The position numbers were made by a program, and so were the translations under genes. Below, one piece after another: positions 1-13,100 of a stretch of DNA of 64,000 bases; the first letter of the stretch is position 1; the number at the start of each line of letters is the position of its first letter. The notes under the pieces are model-generated. The model did no database searches and had not been told where the DNA came from. It worked only from the letters and a program-made list of their open reading frames with translations. This DNA is from Lingula anatina. Its lineage: Eukaryota > Animalia > Brachiopoda. The DNA lies in contig CM120649.1 in the NCBI GenBank assembly GCA_051362555.1, positions 6,758,001-6,822,000 of the forward strand, read 5' to 3'.

Positions 1-579
1 ACCAATTTAACATGGTACTTTGTTGGATACTTCAATAAAAGTCTGTTTAAAATCTCTTTGTTTTCTGAAACTAACCAGACTGCAACAAACTTCTGATAAC
101 AAACGTGAATTTAAACCTTAAATATAAGGAAAATACAAATTCTGAGGCATACCCATACCCCATACCCCCAATAAAAAAATTAATTTGAAGGAGGATTCTT
201 CCCTTAGTTCATGATCACAACAGGTCCAGTGATCTACAAGGATACAATGGAACATTTTTTCCATGCAGTGAATCTTAGCTTGTGAATGAAGCTAATGACC
301 GAAGACTAAAATGTAGGCCTGCAACAAACGAAGAGGAATGATATTTCACAACTATTGCAGCAGTTTTGTGAACCCAAAGGTACTGTACCAGTACCTTGTA
401 CATGCAGGGCCTGAAACCTGAAATGTATATAGGTGAAATAAGAGTAACGTATTCTGTAATGTACACATGAATAAGAATTGTTTTTATTTTTTTGTACATA
501 ATCCTACAGCTAAACAGTAAATCCTTGTATTATGTGGTTTGGGGTCAATCATTCTGCAAAATGAAACATATGCTTTCAA

Positions 580-611
<32 letters not shown>

Positions 612-1426
612 ATTATATATATATATCTTCACTATCAACTAGCCAAAAGTCACAGGGTGGGTTTTCCATATTTCCCTATATAACCTGCCGCACTGGTAGA
701 GGGTACCGTTTGTCCAAAATTTGCAAAGGGGTCCAACTATGCTGAGTGCTTACACCATGCAGATTGTGTAACAAATGAGTTGAATACCTTCCTGATGCAG
801 ATGCCGCCACAATGTATATACGTAGTCCTATGCACGAGAAAAAATGAGACAATTCTGCTGAACAAGAATTAAGCCAATATTTTACCATTAAACTTTCAAT
901 TACTTCTAACATATTATTCATAAAGTATGCTGAAAGGAAAGATGCTGAAATGATCACAAAATATCAAATAAATAGCTTGAATGATCCAGTGGAGTTTCTT
1001 GGCAAATTTCTTGAATTTATAATAATTGTCTTTAAAGCCAATAAAAGAAAAAAAATCTACAAATTCTTTTTTTCTTAACTAGCGAAATTAATGTCATCCA
1101 CAACATTTGATGGGGACACTATGGTATATCCAAATGGAAGTTATGCATTGGTTAGAATACAACAATCATGATATTTATTTTTTTTTCAACAGGAATGATT
1201 TAGATATAAAAATTACAGCTTGAATTACTGGTATAATAATTATAAGAAGAAGAAGAGGAATAACAAGGGACATCACAAAAATCTAATAATATTTTTCAAT
1301 TTTGCATTCTGGGCTAGCTTAGTGTGACTTTTAAAATATGACAATATAATATTTTTAAAATAAATGTGTGTTTTTAAAGAGAGAAAATAAACAATTAACC
1401 TGCCTCTAAAATTTTTTAATCTACAA

Positions 1427-1427
<1 letters not shown>

Positions 1428-1498
<71 letters not shown>
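1428..1498. repeat. (TA)n microsatellite
   Basis: Uninterrupted TA run of about 70 bp. Confidence 0.95.
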
Positions 1499-1502
<4 letters not shown>

Positions 1503-2799
1503 GTGATTTTGTACTTCGTCAAAATGTTTAATTAGACGGACATTTGCACCACCATGACTATTGTAAGAGGCACATGTATTACCACAGTGTACTTCTACTG
1601 TACAGAACAGTACCAAAAATGAATATACAGTATATCGCTTTCACGAGACGAGTAAAAATGAAGTTCAAAATTAAACTGACTATACAAAGACAAAACATAG
1701 TTCTTTTATTCAAATTAGATAAAAAAAAATAATAAGAGGACATTCAACTTACAAGATAAACACTTAAATCGTCATTTCAAAGCAAACGAAGAAAACCGCA
1801 AAACTAAAGTTCTTACTTGAAGTTTAACTGAGAAGACAGCAATGCAACAGCATGCGATAAATTTGTTTTTGTTATTGACTGACGTCACATGCGCAATGCA
1901 AGTGCGTGGTGGACCTTAGACTTGAGTCTTGGAACTAACGTCGACCGTTTGTTTGCAAATCTTCCCCAACGAAGTCGTATATCATGTGGTTTATACTCTG
2001 TGTACAGATATAAAAAAAACATGTAGTGTATTGAGAAATTGCAACAGAGATATTAACAGTCATCTTCGTCGCGTTTACATGAAGCAAAACAGCGTGAGTT
2101 ACGAAAGCAAACTGATTCTTGTCAGGTGTGGATTCTTTTGTCTCCGATGATCGTAATTGGACATTTCCAAGTATCTTTGGGAGAATGAATGGGTTACACC
2201 ATGTGACCAGCACTGGGATATGGGCTTGGTTTGTGCTGGAAACCATCCACACAGGGAAAAACGAGCCTATAACGAAATATGTCATGGGATTAACCTGCAG
2301 ATGCCAGTGTAGACAAAAAGCCATTTGAATGTACTGGTACCACTTGGTTCAGGTAAGAAATGGGTTTGTTTGTATTTTAATACAGGCTAAAAGCCAGAAA
2401 AAAAGTTCACTCAGAAAAATTATCTAGGTGTAATTTTTTAATGGTAAGCGGTCCATTTTTTTTTCTTTTTTTTTTTTTTTTCGAAAGAAAAATGCCCCCT
2501 TTCAAATAATGAAATTGCAGCCTAAGGACCTGTGATAATTTTATCTTTTAAGCTATATTTGTGTGGGTATTTATGTAGGTTTAATGGTATTTGGGTAAAA
2601 TAAATTTAAGGGTTACAATTGGAATTAGATTGAAGCTATGGCTGGTCTTGGCAAAATTGCTAGGCTCATCATAATTAATATTCGAAACCATGCCTTACTT
2701 ATAAAACATGGACAAATGGGATAATAATTTATTATTCATCAATGTATCAATTAACTTTCAGATAAGTGTTTTCATGTGTCTATAGTAAGCTATATGTAT

Positions 2800-3600
2800 A
2801 TTTCAGGCATATTTGAGAAGTGTTATTTGACACACAGTGATCTTATGGTCAGCAAAAGAGTCCAAAGCCTTGCAGAAACTGAAACTAGTGTGGAAATGAC
2901 TGCTGTTGTAGAAAGGCATGTATGTAAATGAAAGCCACAATATAACAAATGCTGAGGAGATGCATGAAGCCCTAGTTTCTGCAGTTGGAGCCATTTTCTA
3001 CATCCAGCTAGACAGACATCTTCCAAACCTGCGTGGACTGGAGTGTCCAGTTACAACAATTTAGCTTTCTTGATTCCTACAACATGAGAAAAGGTGTCTC
3101 CCTTCCTTGAGCAGTTTTAACATGAGTGATGCTGATGTTAAAGTTAATTTGGGTTTTTCAAAGGCAAATGTGTCAACTGGGACTATACCAAGCAAGATCA
3201 CAAACAAGGAAATTTTTCTTGTCCAGAGAAGTCTTCTCTGAAATCTTTTGCTACCAAGACTGAAGAGTAATTGTATGGTCCTTTTTTTAAGTTATGAAAT
3301 GTGCCAAAAAACAGCTTTTGATCAAATTAAAGTCTAGTGGGCCAACAATCTGACTAAAGAAAAACTTAAAGCACATCAGCTGTGAGAGAACTCCACCCTC
3401 TTGAATATCTCACTGAGTTACACAATGGATGAGCTTTAAAGTCATCTAAACCTTTGAAACTATATTCAAATAAATTAAAGGAGTTTTTACTGAAGGAGTG
3501 TAGAAGGGCACAAGAAACAGGCCAGCAGAACGTAGCATTTGTGAGCATGAAGATGAGATTGAAATGTCAGTAAGGAGGGTAATAGACTATTCAGGAAGAA
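2800..3600 (+). pseudogene. Decayed DNA-transposase fragment (tentatively Sola3-like)
   Basis: Broken frames give YVNESHNITNAEEMHEALVSAVG (about 2919-2990), WTGVSSYNNLAF (about 3034-3070) and a G*ALK...GQETG-like block (about 3425-3560). These resemble, from memory, motifs of invertebrate DNA transposases. Stops and frameshifts present, no termini found. Confidence 0.4.
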
Positions 3601-6600
3601 AAAATTGGCAGTTATTTTTGAATGTATTAAAAACTTTGATGTTATGAGCTGTAATGTTTGATAACACCAGGATATATTTTGTGGTTGTGTTAGTTTTGCT
3701 TTTTGAAAATTATCTTGTTTTGCTACATTATGATATAGTTTGTAATGATCACAACTAATGTTGCATTGCTTTGCATGTATTACAGTATTATAATTTTGTG
3801 ATTTTTTTTTTTTATTATTTGTAATTATTCATCTGAGACAACAATAAACTAAATTGAATAATTTTTTAGTTTCTGTATGCTCATAAATAGTCACCAAAAA
3901 GTGGTGTGGATGAATAAAAAAACCTCTTGATAATTAAAAAAGATTTGTTCTGGCTTTGCTCTCATAAATACTATGGCATATCTCTATATGATAAATATTG
4001 CACCAAAAAGAAATCGCTACTAAACTAAGATTTTAATTTGTATTCACAAAATTGATGATATTAAAAATATATATATTAAAATTATCATGTAAACTCTCAA
4101 GTCAATTGCCAGTGCCTATCCAAAGTAACAGAATCTAAGATTTATTTCCTCTAAACTTTTTGTCCATACAAATTAAAAAGTCCATATATGGCAATTTACA
4201 AATATGAAGTCCAGTGACCTTGACCTATGACCCACTGACCTGATATTCATTAGTACACATCTACTTTCCATGCTCACCAGTCCTATTAATTTAGTAACAT
4301 CATTGTAGAGCAAAATGGTTTAATAAATTAATCAAACCCATTGTCTACATAGACTTGAATGAATCCACCACGATTTTTTGCCTTAAAAATGGCCAACTTT
4401 GGGGGTATTTTTCAGTACCTGTTTTAATACAGCAGTAACTTTTGAAACTTGATTTGGAGTGATCCATATCTGCCTAAAATATTCATGCAGTTTTATAGCT
4501 GTAAACCCTGTGAAGATGGAGATATATGCAATTAAAGATGGTAGTATCAAAATTGGACTTTGGGGGGAGGGGTGTTATAAATGGGTGTGGCCCGCCCAAG
4601 CAGGGTCTTATCTGAATTCTACATATATCTGTGGCAAGCCAAATGATTGTTTTCAATGTTTGTAAGGTGTAATATTTTTTAGTTTTCTCCATTTTTGTTT
4701 AATTTACACAAAATATATCATTATTTTTCCAAGGTAAAAATGGAGTCTCAAAGAGGCTACATAAGCCATGACTTATAATAGGCTATAATTCTCTGAAGAA
4801 AGGATATTTTTGGGATTCCTTCCTCACTCATGAATAACTTCCTAATATGCCTCCATACAACAAATTTGGTTGAAATCCGCTGACCCCCACCTTGCCACCC
4901 TGGGCTGGTTCTCTCGTGGACAAGCTCTTAATATGCAAAAAAAAGGCCTTAAACAGGGCAGTGACATATTGAAACTTTGGATTTATTAGACAGGTGTTTA
5001 ATGATTTGATTTTAAATTTGATTTCCGTCTCAGTTTGACATTTAAACATGCAGGTTATATTAGGTCAAATGTGGAAATCGTGGTTTCAGATAGCGTAACA
5101 ACTTTATACTACAGTACTTGCTCTTTTTGTACTGGATTTTAAAACTATTATTCGTGTTTCCACTCCTTACTATTGTATATGGTGTCACAGAATGGACGAC
5201 AGTTTTTTTTTTTTTTTTTTTTTTTTTGAACGAAATTATACATCTAAAATTCGGCAGATCTAGAATTTTCTGTAAGAATAACATAAAGTAGACTGCATCT
5301 TTCGGAAATATTCTCAAAAATGAGTCATTTCGTATTAATTTCAACTTAATTAAAATAAATAAAAGCGATTTCTTGAAGAAGCAAAATAAACATTTTAACT
5401 TGAATAAATAAGTTCTGATAAATTCAGTGAATATTGTTACTTTTTACCTCGTCTTTTAGATAAAATCAAAAACGACCCAAATAAGCGCATTTATTTTCAT
5501 AAATTGATAGCCATTCACACGTATCAGATAACACTGATGATAAAAGTAAAATTAATTTAAACAATGTTAATCATAACAGGAAATGTTACAGTAGCTATTC
5601 AACTTCAGATACAATCTTATTCTACTTTTAACTCAAAATATCGTGAAAATTTGCAGTTTTTCCTTTAAATGATCAAGTTGTGATATGTTAACATTATTGT
5701 ATTTCAAACACTTTAATTACACTTATAATTACACATAATGAAATAAAACTGGAGAAAAGCTGGTTGGGTTTCAAGAAGAATCAGAAGCATCCCAGTCCAT
5801 CCTAAGGTATCATATGAAATAGATCATGATTCCATGTAATTTGGAAACAAATGTCATTGATTTATGAATATAATTTGAAAAGATAACACAATCAATCTAA
5901 GAACACCATTTCAGTACGTTGCAATCTCATTAATAGGCCCAAAATGTATTGAAAATCACAGTAAACATGCACAATTTTCACCATGTTGCGTGTGCAGTGC
6001 ACGCGCGTATGTGTCCGAAAACCCTCTACTGTATCAGAGGCACCTGCATTTTGCGGGAGTTCTGAAATATCAAAATAACGCTTTAATAACGACATTATCA
6101 TGATGTTCAAAAGCAGTAGATTAAATTAATAAAAATGTGAAGACTTGTGCTCATGTTCAAAAAATCGCATTGAGGATACTAGCTGAATGCAAAAGTGAAA
6201 AAAAAATCAACTGAAAATGTACTTCAAGAATCAAGATACAAAATTCTTCTAGATTGCATTACAAATTAATATTTCAGTGAATAGTGTACACCAATTTCTA
6301 GTACATCATAACAAAAACGACAATGCTAACAAATAATACGGTCAATACCATATGGAAACGTCATTAAAGTAAACAAAAAAAGTAGAGCAATGCCTACAAC
6401 AGATAGATTATTACAGTATCAATCAAAGCAAAGCTTCAAAGTCTAGAAGGCTAATGATCTGATGCATATTTCACTTATGAACGGAACAACAGTCTGCTTC
6501 TATAACATGTAAAAAACAACTTAGATTATCATAAAACTCCAGAATGTAACTCATGGTTATCGCTTATTTTGTGTCTTAATGAAAACTTCAAAAAATTGTT

Positions 6601-7708
6601 CTTCCTCGCTTACCTGCTTTAGTTCCAAATCTGAAAAGAGTGTTTCAAAATATGAAACGAAATGTAATATACTATTTCTAATGTAGGAAACTGAAAAGGT
6701 TAATAATGATAACAAAGTTTATTCAACTATTGTGTATATATTATAGAATACTCATAAAACGAAATTGTAAATAATATGAAATAACATAAGAGCAGCAAAA
6801 ATGAACAGAAAAGTAAAGAGTAATTGGTAAAATAACTATTAACTATTAAAAAGAAATATGACGGTTGAATGAAAGCTTTTTAAAAACCGTTCGCCTCCTT
6901 TAAAAGTTAGAAGTCTAGAATAAGAAATTCAAGCAGTTCATTAGCAGGGTCAGTAGTATCGTCACCCATCCCATATGAATGCATCTCAAACAGATTCGGT
7001 AATTACTCTATTTTTTCAATGGGAAAAATTGTGAATTTTACAGATAAAATATTTTTCTAAATTTTCTTAAAATTGCAACATTCCTTTTGAGTGGCAGCAA
7101 CAGAACTAAAAAACTAACCGCTCTATAGTTATACCCCATGCAGTAAAAGCACCACAAATGCTTTACAGAAATAATTTTTGTGATTATGAAATTATGTATC
7201 TGAAACCTTGATAATTTTTGGCCATTGAAAAGATCGAATCATTACCGTACATTATAAAAATTCACGTGCTTTGGTTCTCCACTTACAGTCGTATATATAT
7301 ATAGACATAGTGACTGGCATTGAAGTGACAGTATCTGGGCACCAAAAAGTAAAATCTACTATAACAATATCTCGCGTCTTACATTGTATACGTCTTTTGG
7401 CCGCTTGGTTTTCATTATTTTAGAAGATTATCAACGTAAACCTTGAGAACTACTTAGACAAGATAATATTCTTGAACTAGATAAAGCATGAAAAGAGTTG
7501 CAAGAAACTTCGTGCAAAAACATTTAATTAAAAAAAAACTATTCTACCCAATTTACACGTACAAGCTTTATCATAGACTATAGTTCAAAGCAAATCACAA
7601 CAAAGGAAATCATTTTGACAATGAACGTGCATACTGCATTATCGAATTATGCACAACAGACACAATTTCTTTCCACTGTCATACACTTCTAGAAGAAAAG
7701 TTACTCAC

Positions 7709-8290
7709 CAGACATATTTGCTTCAACCTTAGACCCATCAAGCATGAGCTTCAACGCTTAGTGAAATATTTGGCTCGGCGACATGACCACACCTGTCCTG
7801 CGTCCTCTTCTTCCAGGGTCCAGCTGTCAACTGACCAGTGAGGATGACAGTTCGCTTCGCGCTGAGCGACTTATTGTTATGCAAATTACAACAGGTATGA
7901 CGCATTTTGAGGAGTTGCTGTTCAAACCATTCTCAAAGAACAGCGAACGTGGTCTTGCATATTAACTGATGAAATCAATTTTTTGTGAGGTTTTGACTGA
8001 CGCAGATAATCTTGTAGCCATTCAAGTTGTCGGGTACCGCCCGATCAGTTATGAACTTTACGTAATACCAGCCTATGCCGGTTGATCACGATAGCAGTTC
8101 AATACGTCCACGGTTCGATGTCTAATCATACGCATGTAAACACGCAAAGAGAACGAACTCAAGTCCCATGTAAGTTTTCTGTAACTATAACGAATATTTA
8201 CTTCAGATGCAGAGCATGTACTACAATCGTCGTGTCTCAAATGATTTCTAGCAAAAGCCTCCTCTCACAGTAAGCAACCTAACTTTTATA
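7709..8290 (-). promoter_or_regulatory. Candidate promoter and first exon of a leftward gene
   Basis: CpG-richer island, TATAAAA on the minus strand at 8284-8290, strong donor G|GTGAGT at about 7709 preceded by a short frame MLDGSKVEANMS. Downstream exons not identified. Confidence 0.3.
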
Positions 8291-10128
8291 GAGGTTATAC
8301 AGTCACCTGGTTAAATTACATTAAAGGTCACACCACGACCTGCTGGACAACAGTTAATTAAATTAGGGGTCACTCAACCACCTCCACATCCTCCTAGGAA
8401 GTGCCCAGTTCAGCTGGCTTCAAAAACACAAAGGCAATGAAATTCAGAAATAAGATCATACCTGTACGGATATGGAAGTTTTCATAAATGTATTACAAAC
8501 GTTAAGGGGTCCCTGACAAAGTGTCTTGTCCCCCAATCGTAAAATGCGCCAATAACCTCCGCCCTCTCATGCCTTTCCGAAGGTTATTAGTACATACACG
8601 CACACATACTGCTGTTTTCATGTTAATACAGCAATATGGTTCATCCTTAGTAAGATATTCAGTAGCCATCACCACAAACGCTTTTATACATACTTCTTGG
8701 AGAATCATTGCAAAATTCCTATTGTAGAGATCCTCCATATATATGGCAGAGAACATGAATGCGGAGAGATAAAGACTACCAGCACTCCTTGTTAGGATTT
8801 ATGCAATTTCAGACTACCCACATCTATTCTTTTATCTCAAGTATTATTTCGAATCATGTAATGTATAAGGGACGATTTTACGAAGACATAGGTAGAGATT
8901 AATAGATAAACGAAATAAAATGGGCATATTGTCATATGTATAAATTTACAGAGTAAAATTCTGGGCGGATCCCAATTGTTCTGAAGGTTACGGAAAAGTT
9001 GTTCATTTTTTTCCATTCTACAGAATAAATATTTAAATCGTATGTTCAGTCATTTCAATCGATATAGAATATCGACTAGGGTGAGCTGTGCCGTGTGGAG
9101 CTTATTTCACTGACATATTTATTTTCAAATGTTGATTTCCTTTCCATTATATTTTTGCGTTAAAATATGTAACTCAAACGCTTTAAAGCATTCAAGACTG
9201 ATCTTGATATTATAGACAACTGCTGAAGTATAATGTATTTTATTTTTTCCTTGTTTAAGGTTGTTAGACACGGAAAAGAGTCATCTAATGAATATAAAAT
9301 TACATGACTGGATTATATGATCAAAGATCATAAGCAAGGGATATATGGGTTGAACAAATCTACAGGGCTGAGAATAACTTTAATTCGCCTAACAAATTAT
9401 AATAATGATCTATTTTACATAACAATAACACATTTCCAGATCTAAGACCAATTTTAGGTGTTAGACTGTAAAACGAATATGATAAAACTAAAGGAGGAAA
9501 ATGCTCAAGTTCATCTAATAAGGCTAGTTCTAATATAATCTCCAATTTAGCCATAAGAACCTTTCTTTTAAGTTAGAGAATAACAAACACTGCTCTTCTC
9601 TGATGATATTTACACCGAAAGTGTCAATTTTGATGCGATAATACATAACACTTAACAGCATAATCTACAACTTTTTGGTTAAGTACCACTTCGTTCGACA
9701 TCAAGTCCTCTTTGTCTCTTCAACCATTTTGAACTAAATAAACTCAACCTATAATCCAGTCTGGTTCTTATAATCTCACTCCATTTTCCATTGAGCAACA
9801 GTATATCTGAGATGGCTTCGTTATCTCTTCAACTGCTTTGAACTAAATTAACTTCAGCAGATATTCCAGTGGGTTTTTTACTTCTTCTTTTCACTTGATC
9901 TTACATGAAGTCGTCACTTTATATTAGTAGGAGCCTAAGAGCCTTTTTATTGGCCTCAAATTAAAGTTGAACTCCCTGCCAAGAAGGTTCAGTTTTCTTT
10001 TGAACTTGACTTTACATGAAGTCATCACAATAAATGGGTCTAAATCCTGATCCACTGTCTCAAATTAAACCTGAACTTGCACTTTAAGTCTGGAACTTTA
10101 CTCCCCCTACTTTGCCGATGCAGAGTTT

Positions 10129-13100
10129 TCACTTAATAATGAGTCCAGAATCTTTGGAAGTAAACCCAGTAAAAGTCCACCTTTTCTCGATGGAGGCCCC
10201 AACCCCGCACATCTCTGTCCTGAAGACATCGGGCAGTCTCTCCAGGAGGTCCTCTATCTCACTGCTGCGACGCACGATGATATTACAACGCTGTAGGTAA
10301 GACCAGATGTAGTCCACGCTTGCACCGAAGGGGTGCGCATGCAGGAACACGGAGATCAGACCTGGAATTGTGGGTTGAAGTAGCTGATTAACAGGCTGGC
10401 TAGATATATAATACACATGATGGTGTGACACACAATTGCCACTTTGGTGACTATTTTCTAACCTGTAAAGGGTAATTAGCAAAACTGTCCCATCTATAGA
10501 ATTCCAAAATTCTGAAAGGTCCAGTGTAGGCATTAAATCTTGAAAACCCATGTGGTAATGTTTAAAATGTGTTGCTTGATATTATACAATGTCATATTAT
10601 TTGCTTCATTATTCTGTTTCACAGTCCAAATTCCAGACACACCTTAAACACATTCTAATTTAAGGTTTGCACCCCACTCTTACCAATCAATCTGGCCTCT
10701 TTTTCATTTAATGCTGACCCTTCAGTTGCTATGCTACTTGAAGGCGTTTCCAAGGTGACTGATGTAACATCCTTCTCCTGCTGTACAGTTTCTTCCACAC
10801 TTGTCTTCTCTTGACTGACACTGGCTCCACCTATATTCAGTTCAACAGCAGCTGTTTCAGACTTCTGCCCTGCTGTCTTATCCACAATCCCTAACTGAGC
10901 CTGGAGCTGATGAAAATGGAAGAAAATGGATTACTTTCAATGAACACGCATAAAAAAAAGAAAAAATGTGTGAAGAATGCATTGAGATTTTAAATGAATA
11001 AAAGAATAAATGAATAAAGATAAAAAATAAAGATATTTAATAAATGAGTCTTATGCCATTTTCCATACAAAAGCTCTTTATCAAATGTCACTTCTAAGCA
11101 TTCAATTTAAGACAAAAATAGAAAAGAAAATTAGTCAAACCTGCTATTGGTTACAATATACACAACTGAAAGCACCTTAATTTCAACAAATGCTAAGCAT
11201 AATTCTAACTGTGATTTAAGAGTATGACATATTTTTGATTTGACCAATCTCATCACTAATTGTAGAACTTGGATAAAGGTAACAAAAATTTCAGTGACCC
11301 AAGCTATTTACCCTTTGAATTTCCTCTTCATCTTTTTTCCTCTGAGTATTGGCATTTATCAGTTGCTGGAAGAGAATTACAGACAGGCCATTAGTTGTAA
11401 TTCAAGTTATGAAGGAGAAACTAAAAATTCCCACATATAACTTAAATTCTACGTTTGGACCAAGGATTTTTTCCCCTGACTTTACCGAAGTACTTTATGT
11501 TACGAGGGGGCCTTTAAGCCACTTGAACTGAATGCAATTAGTGAGAATCAATGAGGAGTTATATCAATCCAGCTAGTAAGATAGGGTTATGGGAAGGCTC
11601 CCTAGGTCATTGCTCCAAATACCTGCTGCATCCCCTGCAGAGCCTGGGCAAAGGCTTTGATTTGTTTCTCTGCCTCTTCAATGCTGTTCTTAGCCTCCGT
11701 CTTCACAAGATCCATTTCGTTCTTGTACGCCTCTACCTGGCACTTCAAGGAGTCGTTGTCTTCCTTCAGTTGGCCAACTTGGGCTGCAAATGTATCATTT
11801 TTGTAATTTTTTTAGTCCCTAAACTGTCAACACACTTTACGAAACGTGATATTAAGAAGTTTTTTATCTTCATTTGTAACTGTAAATTTGTTTCCTTTTT
11901 TAAGCTCCTTTCTACCACAACCAACACAGTCCTTCAAGGAACATAAAATTCTCAGCACAACTTCTCTCCCTCCATTTTTCAGTTAAAACATTCCAATAAA
12001 AATACTACATTACTTTAATTCTATCCTTTAAACTCCTACTTACAGTTATCAAGTTTAGGTTTTTTGGCACTGGACTCCTCGTCATCAGATAGATCCATCT
12101 CCGTCTCCTGGCGTTCTTTGAAAAACTCATCTTGCTGGGTAGTCTTTATCTCCTGCAAATAATTGGCAAATGTTTTAAAATCCAATTTAAGCCCAGTCAT
12201 GAATCCATTTATGACCTCTAAAATGGATTTTTTATTTATTATATAATATATTTAATTCTAACACTATGGTTAAATGACTATTACAACAATTACCTTATCT
12301 AAAGTAAAAACAATAAATTACACAATAATCAAAAGGAAAGTGTCATTATAAATATTCCATTATTATCTTTAATCATAGATTCTGAAATGTCTCAAAGAAA
12401 AGTTTCAGGAGGACAGAAAATTCTGGGTGGCATTTTTAGGTGTCTTGGTGACAGTTGATAGGGAGATGCCAAATTACCCAAAAAAAATACTTATAATTAT
12501 AAAATAATGAAAACAATAATACAAGAAATTGTGAATCCATAATAATACGGAGTCGTCCACAATATTTTGCCGCCCCATCTTTAATGAAAAAATGAAAACA
12601 TTGAAGTTTGGGGCATTTTATAGTTGTGTACACTTACTTTATTCTTTTTTTTTTTCTTTGGGGGGGGGGGGGTATTTGATGTCTTTTCTCTCTTTCTAAG
12701 ATGGGTCAAGGTTTTGGATATAGCATTTTTTTTTAAACTCCCCTCAACCACCTACCCAGTCCATCCATTTGATATCCTATAACAACTCTTCTTTTTAACT
12801 GTCCACATTGATCCCTTTGAACAACTTTGATTTTTACATGAAATTTCCTCAAACTCTTTACCCCAGTCCTGGTTTGGCTTCTTCACTTCCCAAATTGGCT
12901 ATTACAAATATGAAATCCTGTATTCCTCCATGTTCCATTCTTACTGAACTTGGTGGATAAGTTTAACTTCCTTGCTATATTTTACTTATATTTACTTACC
13001 AAGGTCACAAATAATGTTTTTGAAAATAATAACTCTGATTCTGGACTTGCTCATAGAGTGCATTTACAATTAGACTAACCAAGGCCTAAATATAGTAAAG

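Noticed and set aside
11551-11946. 131-aa plus-strand ORF and similar antisense ORFs over ENOX exons
   Set aside because: Shadow frames of real minus-strand exons.
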